From the NCBI GenBank assembly GCA_002269645.1, contig NIVC01003990.1, forward strand, positions 1 through 64,000: a stretch of 64,000 nucleotides of DNA, given 5' to 3'. The DNA is from Macrostomum lignano (lineage: Eukaryota). The notes under the pieces are model-generated. The model saw only the letters and a program-made list of their open reading frames with translations. It did no database searches and had not been told where the DNA came from. Below are positions 28,786 to 40,406 of this stretch, piece after piece (position 1 is the first letter of the stretch; each line of letters starts with the position of its first letter). The translations under genes and the position numbers were made by a program.

Positions 28786-30835
28786 TTACCATTGCATCTT
28801 CCAGTCAGGTGTGTTTTTATAGTCCGGGCGTGGAGGCCGTGTTTCTTGCTCAGGCTCAGGTGTGGTCTCATAGTCCGGGCGTGGAGGCCGTGTTTCTTGC
28901 TCAGGCTCAGGTGTGGTCTCATAGTCCGGGCGTGGAGGCCGTGTTTCTTGCTCAGGCTCAGGTGTGGTCTCATAGTCCGGGCGTGGAGGCCGTGTTTCTT
29001 GCTCAGGCTCAGGTGTGGTCTCATAGTCCGGGCGTGGAGGCCGTGTTTCTTGCTCAGGCTCAGGTGTGGTCTCATAGTCCGGGCGTGGAGGCCGTGTTTC
29101 TTGCTCAGGCTCAGGTGTGGTCTCATAGTCCGGGCGTGGAGGCCGTGTTTCTTGCTCAGGCTCAGGTGTGGTCTCATATCCGGGCGTGGAGGCCGTGTTT
29201 CTTGCTCAGGCTCAGGTGTGGTCTCATAGTCCGGGCGTGGAGGCCGTGTTTCTTGCTCAGGCTCAGGTGTGGTCTCATAGTCCGGGCGTGGAGGCCGTGT
29301 TTCTTGCTCAGGCTCAGCGGGCGTGGAGGCCGTGTTTCTTGCTCAGGCTCAGGTGTGGTCTCGTGTTTCTTGCTCAGGCTCAGGTGAGGCTCAGGTGAGG
29401 CTCCACCAAAATCATAAAGGTGGGGAGGCAATGGTGGCAAATTTTTTGTCACGGATTGTACTTCTGGAAAATAATTGGCAACGATTTTTGTGTAACGAAA
29501 CAGCTGGCTCATGTGATACCAAATCCGTCTGAGCACTTCTATTTGCCAATAATCGAGCTGAATGACACGTTTCGTGTTAGGCTTTTCTTCTTTTGGCTTA
29601 CTGGTGCCGTATTGCCTGGTCCTGTAGTTTGCAGTGTAATCCTCCCGCGTTGTAGGGAACCATGGAGAGCGCGTAGTCTTGCCGTATTGCCTGGTCCTGT
29701 AGTTTGCAGTGCAATCCTCCCGCGTTGTAGGGAACCATGGAGAGCGCGTAGTCTTGCCGTATTGCCTGGTCCTGTAGTTTGCAGTGTAATCCTCCCGCGG
29801 TGTAGGGAACCATGGAGAGCGCGTAGTCTTGCCGTATTGCCTGGTCCTGTAGTTTGCAGTGTCATCCTCCCGCGGTGTAGGGAACCATGGAGAGCGCGTA
29901 GTCTTGCCGTATTGCCTGGTCCTGTAGTTTGCAGTGTCATCCTCCCGCGTTGTAGGGAACCATGGAGAGCGCGTAGTCTTGCCGTATTGCCTGGTCCTGT
30001 AGTTTGCAGTGTCATCCTCCCGCGGTGTAGGGAACCATGGAGAGCGCGTAGTCTTGCCGTATTGCCTGGTCCTGTAGTTTGCAGTGTCATCCTCCCGCGG
30101 TGTAGGGAACCATGGAGAGCGCGTAGTCTTGCCGTATTGCCTGGTCCTGTAGTTTGCAGTGTCATCCTCCCGCGTTGTAGGGAACCATGGAGAGCGCGTA
30201 GTCTTGCCGTATTGCCTGGTCCTGTAGTTTGCAGTGTAATCCTCCCGCGTTGTAGGGAACCATGGAGAGCGCGTAGTCTTGCCGTATTGCCTGGTCCTGT
30301 AGTTTGCAGTGTATCCTCCCGCGTTGTAGGGAACCATGGAGAGCGCGTAGTCTTGCCGTATTGCCTGGTCCTGTAGTTTGCAGTGTCATCCTCCCGCGTT
30401 GTAGGGAACCATGGAGAGCGCGTAGTCTTGCCGTATTGCCTGGTCCTGTAGTTTGCAGTGTCATCCTCCCGCGGTGTAGGGAACCATGGAGAGCGCGTAG
30501 TCTTGCCGTATTGCCTGGTCCTGTAGTTTGCAGTGTAATCCTCCCGCGTGTAGGGAACCATGGAGAGCGCGTAGTCTTGCCGTATTGCCTGGTCCTGTAG
30601 TTTGCAGTGTAATCCTCCCGCGTTGTAGGGAACCATGGAGAGCGCGTAGTCTTGCCGTATTGCCTGGTCCTGCCGTTTGCCCTCCCGCGTGTAGGGAACC
30701 ATGGAGAGCGCGTAGTCTTGCCGTATTGCCTGGTCCTGTATCCTTCCAGTGCTGTTGGAATCTAAACGTGGGAAGGGCAACGACCGCGCTCAATCCGAGA
30801 GCAAGGAGCAAAAGCACGATCTTTAAGTCAGCCAT
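28786..30835 (-). CDS. Putative secreted repeat protein: signal peptide + ~15x 25-aa repeat + unique linker + ~10x 17-aa Pro/Glu/Thr repeat
   Basis: ATG 30835 gives MADLKIVLLLLALGLSAVVALP. The repeat frame RTRQYGKTTRSPWFPTTREDYTANY continues stop-free through a ~70-codon unique AT-rich linker, then ETTPEPEQETRPPRPDY repeats end in KNTPDWKMQW* (stop 28786-28788). Several small indels must be assumed to keep one frame. Confidence 0.55.
28820..29400. repeat. 51-bp tandem repeat (~10 copies)
   Basis: Unit AGTCCGGGCGTGGAGGCCGTGTTTCTTGCTCAGGCTCAGGTGTGGTCTCAT; length is a multiple of 3. Confidence 0.95.
29607..30740. repeat. 75-bp tandem repeat (~15 copies)
   Basis: Period 75 (e.g. 29641 to 29716); length is a multiple of 3. 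Confidence 0.95.
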
Positions 30836-31883
30836 GCTTGTCAATTCGCTGATACGAATTTCTCAGTAAGGACTTCAAAGTGGACCTGTATTGTGTTATA
30901 TAGTCTGCAAATGCGCATAAACGGACGACATTTTCACTCCATTTGAGAAAAATACTTACCTCGAAAAATTCAAAGGCTGCTGTGCAGACAATCATAAACA
31001 GATAATTGCGTCTCAGGTATAAAAAGATATTTCGATTTTTGCGATTTTGCAGACAGAGAGAAAATATTCTTTGAAATGCGAAATTAGACGCCGCCTTTTC
31101 GCTAAATTTGCCGAAGCGAAAAAATAAAAGAATAGCCAGGAAATTATTCGATTTATTTTCAATTTTAGCTTCAAATTCTTATGCTGTCTTGGATTAATAT
31201 CTTCACTAAGCCAGCTTACATTTCAGTTACTAATTAAGCTACTAAACTTGACACAACGACCTGTATATTGATGAATCAAACAATGAGTTAACTTGATTAA
31301 ACCAAAATAGCTAAATCCAAGATGACTTGTTGACGTGACATTTACAAAGTATATGTATCGAACAACCATCAAATAGTTGCCAAGTCGGATTTTAAACGTC
31401 GCAAAATGACCTTTAATGTTCGCTCAACGCAGCGGTGCTTCAGATCGGCCTGCAAAATTACGAGTGCAGACATCAATTCGTTTTCCTTCCAAAATTAAAA
31501 ATGACGAATAGGACTCAAAAGAACCACAAAACGAAAAAGCTAAGGAACTCGCATCGTTTCTCGTAATGTTTTGAAAGCTAATCTGTTTTAACAAAATAAA
31601 CGGTGAAAGTCTTTGATTCAAGGCCTGCTATTAAATGGTTGAACATACTAATACATGTGTCATGTCTTCGTATGCTCCGTTTATTATGTTTATCGTCCTA
31701 CTGAATCATAATCGATAACTACGATCGTACATTAAGATGTTAGAGACTGATGTTTAAGATATTAAAATCTAATTAGAATCGCGACATGCATAATTTTGTC
31801 AGGAAATACGCAATTCACCGGCCTCAAATCAAACCCTGTCACTGAAATTCACTGTCGGGAAATTCTAGTTTTGAAAATGATCC

Positions 31884-34800
31884 TTAACAAAATGAAGGCA
31901 CACAAATTATTGCTTTACTTACGTTTCTTGCAAAACCGGCTTCCAAATTTGATTGAAGACTTGGTAAAATGTCGATAACGTCACTTTTCCGGTGCACAAT
32001 GCCGGCCAGGGTGTCCGCGTCGGTGCAGTACTGCAGAGCCAGCAGGAGGTCGGCCGCGTCTGCCTCCTGATCTCCGAGTGTCTCCTCGAACCAGCGTCGG
32101 GACTCGTCCTTCACGTCGGTCGGAATGAGCTCCAGACACAGGCACTTCAGCAGTGCGCTGAAGTTCATGTAGAACCTGCTTCCGTAGATGAGTTCGTCTT
32201 TGACGAACCGGGGCAAGAACTTGAGATCCGGACGTCGGTCGTAGCGGAAGCAGAATCGCCAGATCGAGTCGCTGTTCTCCAGCTGCTGCCAGACATCCGC
32301 GGTGACATCCGACAGAGTAGTGAGCTGCTTCTTGACGACTCCCTTGCTGACCGTGTGTTGAACCGCCGCTCGCAGTGTGTACAAGGCAGTTTCTTGCTAA
32401 CCCATCTTCAGATGGGCCATCGCTCTGAGGCTCTCTCGAACTGACAACGCGCAATCAGGGATGCTGCTAATGAGCTGCATGTCAACATGTGGTTCTTCTG
32501 CTAGTTGCAGAATTGTCATCCAGACAAGTGGGTAGATGTCCAAGATTTGGGGACGCGTCGCATCGATTGAACATATACCCATTCTGATTGAATGTTCATC
32601 GTATAAAACAGGAATTAGTGTCATTGGATGAAATTCAAATATTTCCTGACTTTCTTGTTGGCACAGTTGCTCTATAAATTGAAGCAGAAGCTGTCTCAGG
32701 TTTTCCAGTGTGCTTTTAATTGCTTTCATTACGTCGCTCTTTTCCGAGTGATCACTCCGCAGGTACACGACTGCGTCAGGTGCAAAGAAGTGCGGCAGGC
32801 ACTCGTGCTCTCCGCCATGCTGCAGACCGTCGCACAGAATCTCCAGAGCTCGCCGTGTGAGCTGCAGCAGATTGTCAGCACGCCATTCGTCTTCAGCAGT
32901 CTCGTCAATCATGCGGAACATCAGCGTCTTTGCCACGTAGGTCTTGAGACCGCTTACTGACTTGGACAGATGTCGCTTGATGAGGAACTTGAGGATGACG
33001 AACAGCTGGCCTTGCAGTGTGTTGAAGCCTCGAATCATGAGCCTCTCGAGGAAGGTGGTGCTCAATCTGAGCCATTCGCCTTCTTTGTCAGGAGGTGCCG
33101 CTCTGACCAAGTGACACAGGGACGTCTGGAGCTCGGTTGTGAGTGCTTTGAGCAGATGCGGTTGGATTTGAGTCGGTCGACCTGGTCTTAGGACCTCAAT
33201 GTCCGGGTAGCAGCAGGTTCTCAAAGCCCAAACGCAGTCCATGGCTGGGGACTGCATGCAGTGTAGCTGCTAGAGGATGACTTGGATTTGCAGCTAAAAG
33301 CATAAAGGTGTATGAAATAGGCTAAAAGTGCGAAAATGACCTTGGATAAAAGACCTTAATATACGAGCTCGTACATACTTCCAACTGGATACTGAACATA
33401 TCCTTTCTCGTACGCTGCCATTCTGTTTAGGTCCGGCGCCACGCACTTGCAGTATTGTTGTAGGTGCAATTCAACCACTAAAATTACCGTGAAATCTATG
33501 TCGGAGTCGCTGTCAATACGACCATCCAGAGCTTTAAGAGAGCTGCCCCAGCCTTCACTGAAGCTCCCTACCGCATTGACACTGCCCATCCCACTTTTCC
33601 TCGCTATTTGCTGCAAAATGTCTGCCGCAGCCTGCTGCACAGCGGCGCCTTCCTGGGTGAACCCAGAGTCTCTGAGGCAGCAGAATAACATCTGTGACAG
33701 GTCCTCTTCGTGACTGAGGGTGTCGTGTCTGTAATGCAGCAAAAGTTTTTTCAGTCAGGACTATTAAGTTTCTAAACACAACACTCATACTACTTTTACT
33801 AAGCAGTATTTTACCTTGTTGGTTCCTTTTTCTGCAAAACTGTTTGTTGCTTTACAAGATTTATGCAGTCCTCAAGTAGTGCGACACACTGGCTCGGCAT
33901 GTCTATCAGATTGCTCTTGTTCAGGCTGCTATGATTTCCGCGCATAATAATAAGCGCCGTCTCCCAATGACCCAATTGGCAGGCCTTAACCAGACAAGCT
34001 TCTGGGCTTTGAATGGAAGAGCCAAGGTCTTGCACTTTTAGCAGCGAAGTTGCCGTTTCCCAGTGCGGATCTGCAGCCAAAGCCAGGGGCGTGTCTCCAG
34101 CATTGTTCACAAGAGAAGCTGAGGCTCCCGCATCGAGCAGCGTCTTGATAACATCTGTATGACCTTTCATAGCCGCTCTATGGAGAGGAGAATTTCCGGC
34201 CGCATCCTGGGCGTTCACTGAAGCATTAGACTGAATAAGAAGCCTCACCACTTCTGTTCGTCCATTCTCTGCTGCAGAGTGCAGCGGGGACGATTTAACA
34301 TTGTCAAGAGCGTCGATTTCGGCCCCATTTTCGATTAGAAATATTGAAAGCTCAATGTGACCTTTCTGAGCGGCTTTGTGCAACAGAGTCCACTTTGTTT
34401 TAGTCTTCTGATTAACATCCGCTCCAGCGTCGAGCAGCCACCGCATGACAGTCACATCGCCCCAACCGACTGAGGCGAACGCTGGTCCAACTAGAAATTG
34501 ATTTGTCAGCGTAACATCTGCGCCAGCGCACAGCAGTAGCTTCAATATTTGGTTTTGACCGCACTGGGCCGCGATGATTAGCGGAGTTGAGCCGTCGATT
34601 CTGCGTAAATTGACATCAGCCCCGGCGTCAAGGAGTTGGCGGACAATACGGATATTTCCAGCCCGTGTAGCGATCAGCAGCGGCGTTGATCCGTCCAAAC
34701 GCTGGGCATTCGGACTCGCGCAGGCCAACAGCAGCGTCGCAACGGCGGCGTTACAGCTGCCTTGGGCAGCCTCAAACAGCGGAGTTGCACCGTCGATCTG

Positions 34801-34992
34801 CGAGCAGTCAACCTGGGCCCCAGCGTTCAGTAGCGGTGCCATCGCTGCAACCACATCTTTTTGGCTTACCACGCAAAGCGGCGTCCGACCCGACGAGTCG
34901 CGAGTGTCCGGATTGGCGCCAGATTTTAGTAGCAACTTCACAGCCCCAATGTCTTCGGTGAGACAAGCGCGAAGCAACTCAGACCCTGGCAT
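31884..34992 (-). CDS. Ankyrin-repeat + Mab-21/cGAS-like (cGLR) fusion, copy 2 (possibly truncated or pseudogenised)
   Basis: Exon 1 34992-33815 (ANK repeats), exon 2 33728-33379 (GSFSEGWG...DSDSDID), exon 3 from 33293 (AMDCVWALRTCCYP; Mab-21 C-lobe). Intron phases match copy 1. There is a frame offset at about 33260-33280 and an in-frame TAG at 32397-32399 where copy 1 has CAG. Confidence 0.82.
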
Positions 34993-35506
34993 TTCGCTGT
35001 GCAGTCTTCTGCTTACGCCTTACGGGGTTGGTTTGTATTTAGACGGCGCCCGTGAGAAACTGTCCGTGTGCTTATGCTCGTATTTGCTAATTCTGCGCTT
35101 GCAGATAATTATAGTCGAGTGTATAGATGATTTGCAGATTGTCATTTTCCAAAAGTTTACATAGGCTATTCTGCGCAAGTAAATTGGAATACGCTCGCAT
35201 GCATAGCGGGCAGGATAGATTTTGGTAAGATATGCATATAAGTTTTTAGGCGCAGCAACCCAAACGCAAAGAAAGGGTGTTTACAAAAATATGGAAATCG
35301 GACGATTTTGATAAGAGAAATAATGCCAAACGTTATTTGCCGTTAGCTTGTTCTTATTCTTGGATAAAGTCACTGCTAAACAACATGGAACTATTTCTTT
35401 GTATAATATCTTAATCAATCGAACACACATACTATAGGAAATACCCTGCGTTGAGAGGGCAACGGGTTAGTCCCAAAACTGTTATAGGAACTAACGTCAC
35501 TATTCC

Positions 35507-35864
35507 ATTTTTATGCAGAACAATTATATATTACTAAAAACAATGCATTTTTTGTAGGATCGTCAAGCAGCATAACAATGCAAAGAATCAGCGGTCGCAG
35601 CACGTGACAACCGATTTGTCTATGGCAATCGTTGTCACGCACTGGGACCGCTGATTATTTATCCATTGTTTAGTAATGTATTGTTCTGCATTAACTGTGC
35701 GAACAACGATAGTCAAATTGCTAAACAATGGATAAATACCGGCGCGAGCCATAGACAAATCGTTGTCACGTGCTGCGACCGCTGATTCTTTGCATTGTTT
35801 TTCTGTTTGACGATCCTACAGACAATGCATTGTTTGTAGTAGTGGATTGTTCTGCATTAAAAAT
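35507..35864. mobile_element. Palindromic (foldback/MITE-like) element
   Basis: About 120-bp imperfect inverted repeat (35507-35627 vs 35748-35864) with a diverged internal third copy of the GTTGTCACG...GACCGCTGATT unit. Confidence 0.65.
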
Positions 35865-36130
35865 GTGAATAATGATCGTCAAATTGCTAAACAATGTTAG
35901 GATAACTGTCATGTGTGGAACATATTTCTAGGGTTTCGGCCTTTTCGGCTTCTTGTAGGAAAGCCTTCGGGCCTCAGGTCTCAGAAATAAATCAATTAGA
36001 GTCCAAGGACTACTAGACTAGATAACTAGACTAGACTATATAACGAAGTCTATAACACCGTATCATTGCTGAATTTGAAAAGTTTATCTGTAGAGCTCAA
36101 GGATACGTTAACAAGAAAAGCAATAGGCTT

Positions 36131-37839
36131 ATGCACCAGACTATGAACGGTCTCAAGAACAATGACAACATCAAGATCGTTGGTTACGATAAAGGCTATA
36201 GCGTTGCTGTCTTAGACAGTAATGATTATTTCGAGAAACTTGAGAAAGTGATCCAGGACAAACTCAAGTTTCAATGCCTTGGTACCGCCGATAAAGTCAC
36301 TATGACCCACCCGATTCTGAAAAATGAAAGATCTCTTCAGAATTTTTTGAGAACTTATGTCAAGCCGCATGTGAGCCCTGAGATTTTTAAGGTGATTGTC
36401 CCAAATGGTAGCCAACCTGGACAACTGTATGGTCTGTGCAAAGTTCATAAGGATGGTCATCCTTTAAGACCAATTGTTTCGATGATCAACACTTCAGAGT
36501 ATGAGCTAGCCAAATTCCTTGACAATTTAATTAAACCTGTTATTCCTTCTGAGCACTGTGTGGGATCCAATAAACAGTTTATTGAGAGCCTCAGCAATAC
36601 CACGATTAATCAAACTGACAGGCTTTATAGCTTTGATGTTGTTTCACTGTTCACCAACATCCCTCTCGATTTCACCATTGAGCTGGCTGCTGATCTTGTG
36701 TATGAAAAAACCGATCCACCTCCTTTCTCCAAAGCCACTTTTAAGAAGATGCTCAAATTCGCCACCTCCGGCATCTTTCTTTTTCGGGACAAATATTACA
36801 GACAGATTGATGGGTGTGCCATGGGCAGCCCTCTCGCCCCAACCCTCGCTAATTTATGCATGGCCCACTGGGAGAAGCACTGGATGGCCCTCCCTTGTGC
36901 GCCTCACTTCTACAAACGCTACGTCGATGACACGTTTGCGATCTTTGAGGACGAAGCTAAGAAGGACGAGTTTTTTAAGTTAATCAATTCTACTCATGAG
37001 AATATCAAATTCACGGCGGAGGGGGAGGCAGAAGACTTCCTTTCTTAGACATTGACGTTGACGCCACCGATGAAACTATTTCGACCAGCGTGTATAGGAA
37101 ACCTAGCTTTACCGGGCTTATGCTTAGGTTTGACGCCTTGTGCCCTAGACAATGGAAAACCGGATTGATTCGTTGCTTTCTTCACCGGGCTTTTTCCACT
37201 TGCAGCTCTTGGAGACTTTTCCATAACGAAGTTGAAATCCTCACCAATCTGCTCAGCTACAATGGCTATCCTAAGAACTTTGTGATGAAAATTGTCAACT
37301 CTTTTCTCAATGACAAACTGACTGAACCTAATCGGATGAAAGTTCGTGATTCCACCTCTGAATGTCCCTTGATCACTTTGCCTTACTTTGGTGTTTGTTC
37401 TATAGAGTTTAAAAAGAAGTTAGAAAAGCTGCTCCGTAAAGACTTAAACACTCAAATCCGTGTTGTGTTTCGCACCGAAAAGATTGCTAAGTTTGTCTGC
37501 AAGTTGAAATCCAGTGTTCCACGTCCTCTCGCGGCTGGTGTCGTGTATAAATTTGTTTGCTCTGAGGACCAGAGCATCTCCTACATAGGAAAAACTAAAC
37601 GACACTTATACACGAGGGTCAGAGAGCACTGGCTAAAAAACTCTGCTATTAACGAACACCTGCTAACCTGCAATTCTTGTTGTGAGGCTGAACCACACGA
37701 AATGATAAAGGCTATTGATTTTTGTAATAGAGATCACATGCTCTGCCTATTAGAAGCCCTGTACATTAAGACCAAACAGCCCACGTTAAATAACCAACTT
37801 GCGATGGGTGGGGCTAGCCGTCAACTCAGAATTTTTTAG
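36131..37839 (+). CDS. PLE reverse transcriptase + GIY-YIG endonuclease, one frameshift at ~37035
   Basis: YDKG..V..D..DY, LYGLCKVHK, LRPIVS, SFDVVSLFTNIP, GCAMGSPLAP, RYVDD, (L)PFLD, VYRKP, and YIGKTKRHLYTRVREH (GIY-YIG). Confidence 0.9.
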
Positions 37840-38025
37840 CTGATTTGTCAATGACCGGACTGGCTTGAAACTGATATGCACTTTACCCAACCAATACTGT
37901 ATCAAAAATTGATTACTATGTACAAGTTTTAAACCATCAATTAAAAACTCAATTCAACTACTCTTGTTACTCTCAACTATCTATATATACTGAATATTCG
38001 TTCAAATTGTTTCTCAATAAAAAGA

Positions 38026-38065
38026 CCCTGACGATGTCCTAATGCAAATGGACGAAATGCATCGG
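38026..38065 (+). ncRNA. Minimal type I hammerhead ribozyme motif
   Basis: CC-CTGACGA-T-GTCC(10 nt)GGAC-GAAA-TGCA-TC-GG: conserved core, 4-bp stem II, palindromic TGCA loop III, UC cleavage site at 38062-38063. This fits the minimal hammerheads known from PLEs. Confidence 0.8.
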
Positions 38066-39409
38066 CAACTCAAATAATACTTCATGTTGATATTTACCTT
38101 TATTTATATAACGAAGTGTTCCTAGTGGTCCTTGTTAGAGTCCTTGCCCCCCCACTCCTGTCAGATGGTCAGCCCCAAGAAGCTTGATCTGTGGCGAGCA
38201 GTCTAGGTCCTATAGCTAAGAGAGGGACAGCGAGAGACGAGCAGGGAAAAGTTTAAAGGTAGAGATCAGCTAATCCGCAGATTATCTAACCCGCTGCCAT
38301 TAACCCGTGCGTTCTGGCTCACCAAACCGGAACTTTCGAAATCGGGCTTCCGACTAGAAAGGGCTTAGCGCTTACCTGCCGACTAGTGTCTTTTTGCTGT
38401 CAATCTCGAAGTCATAGCCGATGTTAAGGGACACTGCTGGGACTAGATCGCATTGGCCATGCAGGTACAGAGGGGACTTGTGCAGGGGATTCTTGCAGTG
38501 GCGAGACTATGGGGTAGCTACATGTACTATTACATTGCTAATTACGAAGAATTGTACTTTTGGCCTTCAACGCGCCAACTAGCCCCTCGTAGCGCTGATG
38601 ATAGACTAACTCGAACTTCAGAGACCGCATGATTCATTTACCCGAGCCGCTTGGCTACCCTAGAGTGCACAAAGTACATCTCTAGCGCCGATTTAGCACT
38701 ATTGACAATTTTGCTCACTGATTTGATAGATTGATCGACTGAGAACTGCCTTGCCATTGGTCCACTGTGACCGGCGCCTACTAGCTTAGCTACTCATCTG
38801 AGCCATCGGCGAAGAAAAAAATAAAACCGATAAAAATAGCTGTCAGATTTAACCTTTTCACTGAATCACTTGACTCTTCGGATTGAATTAGAGGATCAGA
38901 CTACTAACAGTATTATTAGGTGATCTCTGCCTCAATAACAGCACTACTGAACAAATTGAGCAAGTGTGCGCCTAATCCAGCTACTGAAATAAGGGACAGA
39001 TAAGGAATCACCCAATCAAGCAAGTCTAGGCAGCCTCTCACCCAACCAATCAGAAACTCAACAACCGGAGACCAGGAAATCCACAGTGACCGAATCGGCT
39101 CAGTGCTTCGCAGCTGTAGGCCCGGGATGATGCTGTCACAGTCTTTGCTGATAGCTAGCAAGGTGATAGTCTCAAAATCGTCGATCCGTTGAGCCGCTGA
39201 CCGGGGGATTCGTCCTTGATGATGAGGGGGTTGTCGCAATCTGGGGATCAAGAGACGACGGTCGTGACTCCAGAGGTATGAGTCCGGGAGTCCAAAAAGG
39301 TTGACGAAGTCTGGACGAGGATGAGGGTATTGAGTCCGAGCGGGCCAAAAACATCTGTTTATATTAGCCGCCAACTGGACCGCAATTTGTTAAAATGGAA
39401 CACCTCGAC

Positions 39410-39495
39410 GCTGATTGGCTGAGCCGGTTTGTTATAACTGACGTCGAATTTTTGATTGGCTGAGCTTGTTGCCACCCAAACTCACGTGACCAGAA
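39410..39495. promoter_or_regulatory. Promoter-like motif cluster (two CCAAT boxes, CRE-like TGACGTC, E-box CACGTG)
   Basis: GATTGGCTGAG occurs twice, plus TGACGTC and CACGTG, within 85 bp. The target transcript is unidentified. Confidence 0.3.
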
Positions 39496-40406
39496 GATCC
39501 TATCAGTTCCCTCGGGGCCATAAAAATACCCCAGGTGCTGTCATAAATCACTCAAAATCGCTACATTATGATTTATGACCTTTTGAAATGAAAAATTATT
39601 AAAATGAAAAATTACTATGACAAACAAGAAGTCTATGTTAAAGGCAGAAGCCATTCTAGTAGAACAGCCCATTCATCTGTTGACATAATGTTTCGACAAA
39701 TGACTGACGGAGAACGCTGGCGTGCTTTTGGTGTGATCGATGCCACTTCACAGCATTCAGTTCCCTGTTCTTGTCATTCGTTTTCCTGAAACTGCCTATC
39801 TTAGTCCTGTACGATTGAGCGATGCGTATTGAGTGGTGTATTAGAATTTCTATGGCCTAGAGTCACCGATTTGCCACTCAAACTGAGACGAAATTCTCCC
39901 GAGAAAAGGTTGGACACTTGTTTGTTGCTGAGCATATGATAAAATGCCGTTTAATTCATCATTATGGCAAAAAAATTTCCTCGGCCACACTCCATGAGGG
40001 GTTCAATAGTGGGGTTTCTTGCTTAAATGTCTAGGCTACGAGTGGGCGCAGCGCCCTTTGTATAACAGTGGATTTAGGATGGGTAAAATTAGCGTCTTCC
40101 CAGCGTGTCTGGGCTTCAAAGCAGGGAAGTCAAAGCAGGGGTCTGGATGTAAAAATCGACATTACTCGATGCTGTTGAAACCAGTGGGCTTTGAGTGCCG
40201 GATTTCATATTCGGGACGTTAATTTCCACGCGAGGCCACAGCTTTTGCATGTGTAACGGGTGCATTCCTTCTAGCACGTGTAATTTGGATTTGTACAATG
40301 AGTAGGATTGGATGCATTTAGAACCTTGCTGATGAGACAACGGGAAACATTTTTACTGTGAATTTGACCTAAAAGTGATTCACTGGTAGATTAAGCAAGT
40401 AGCAAG

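Larger units (their letters stand above)
36050..38104 (+). mobile_element. Penelope-like retroelement (RT + GIY-YIG), apparently 5'-truncated
   Basis: 13-bp direct repeat TATATAACGAAGT at 36037-36049 and 38105-38117; RT/EN ORF and a 3' hammerhead motif. Confidence 0.88.

Noticed and set aside
38916-39374. 152-aa minus ORF as an LTR gag with a TGGCGG primer-binding site
   Set aside because: No paired LTRs, no gag/pol motifs, and the start codon is TTG.
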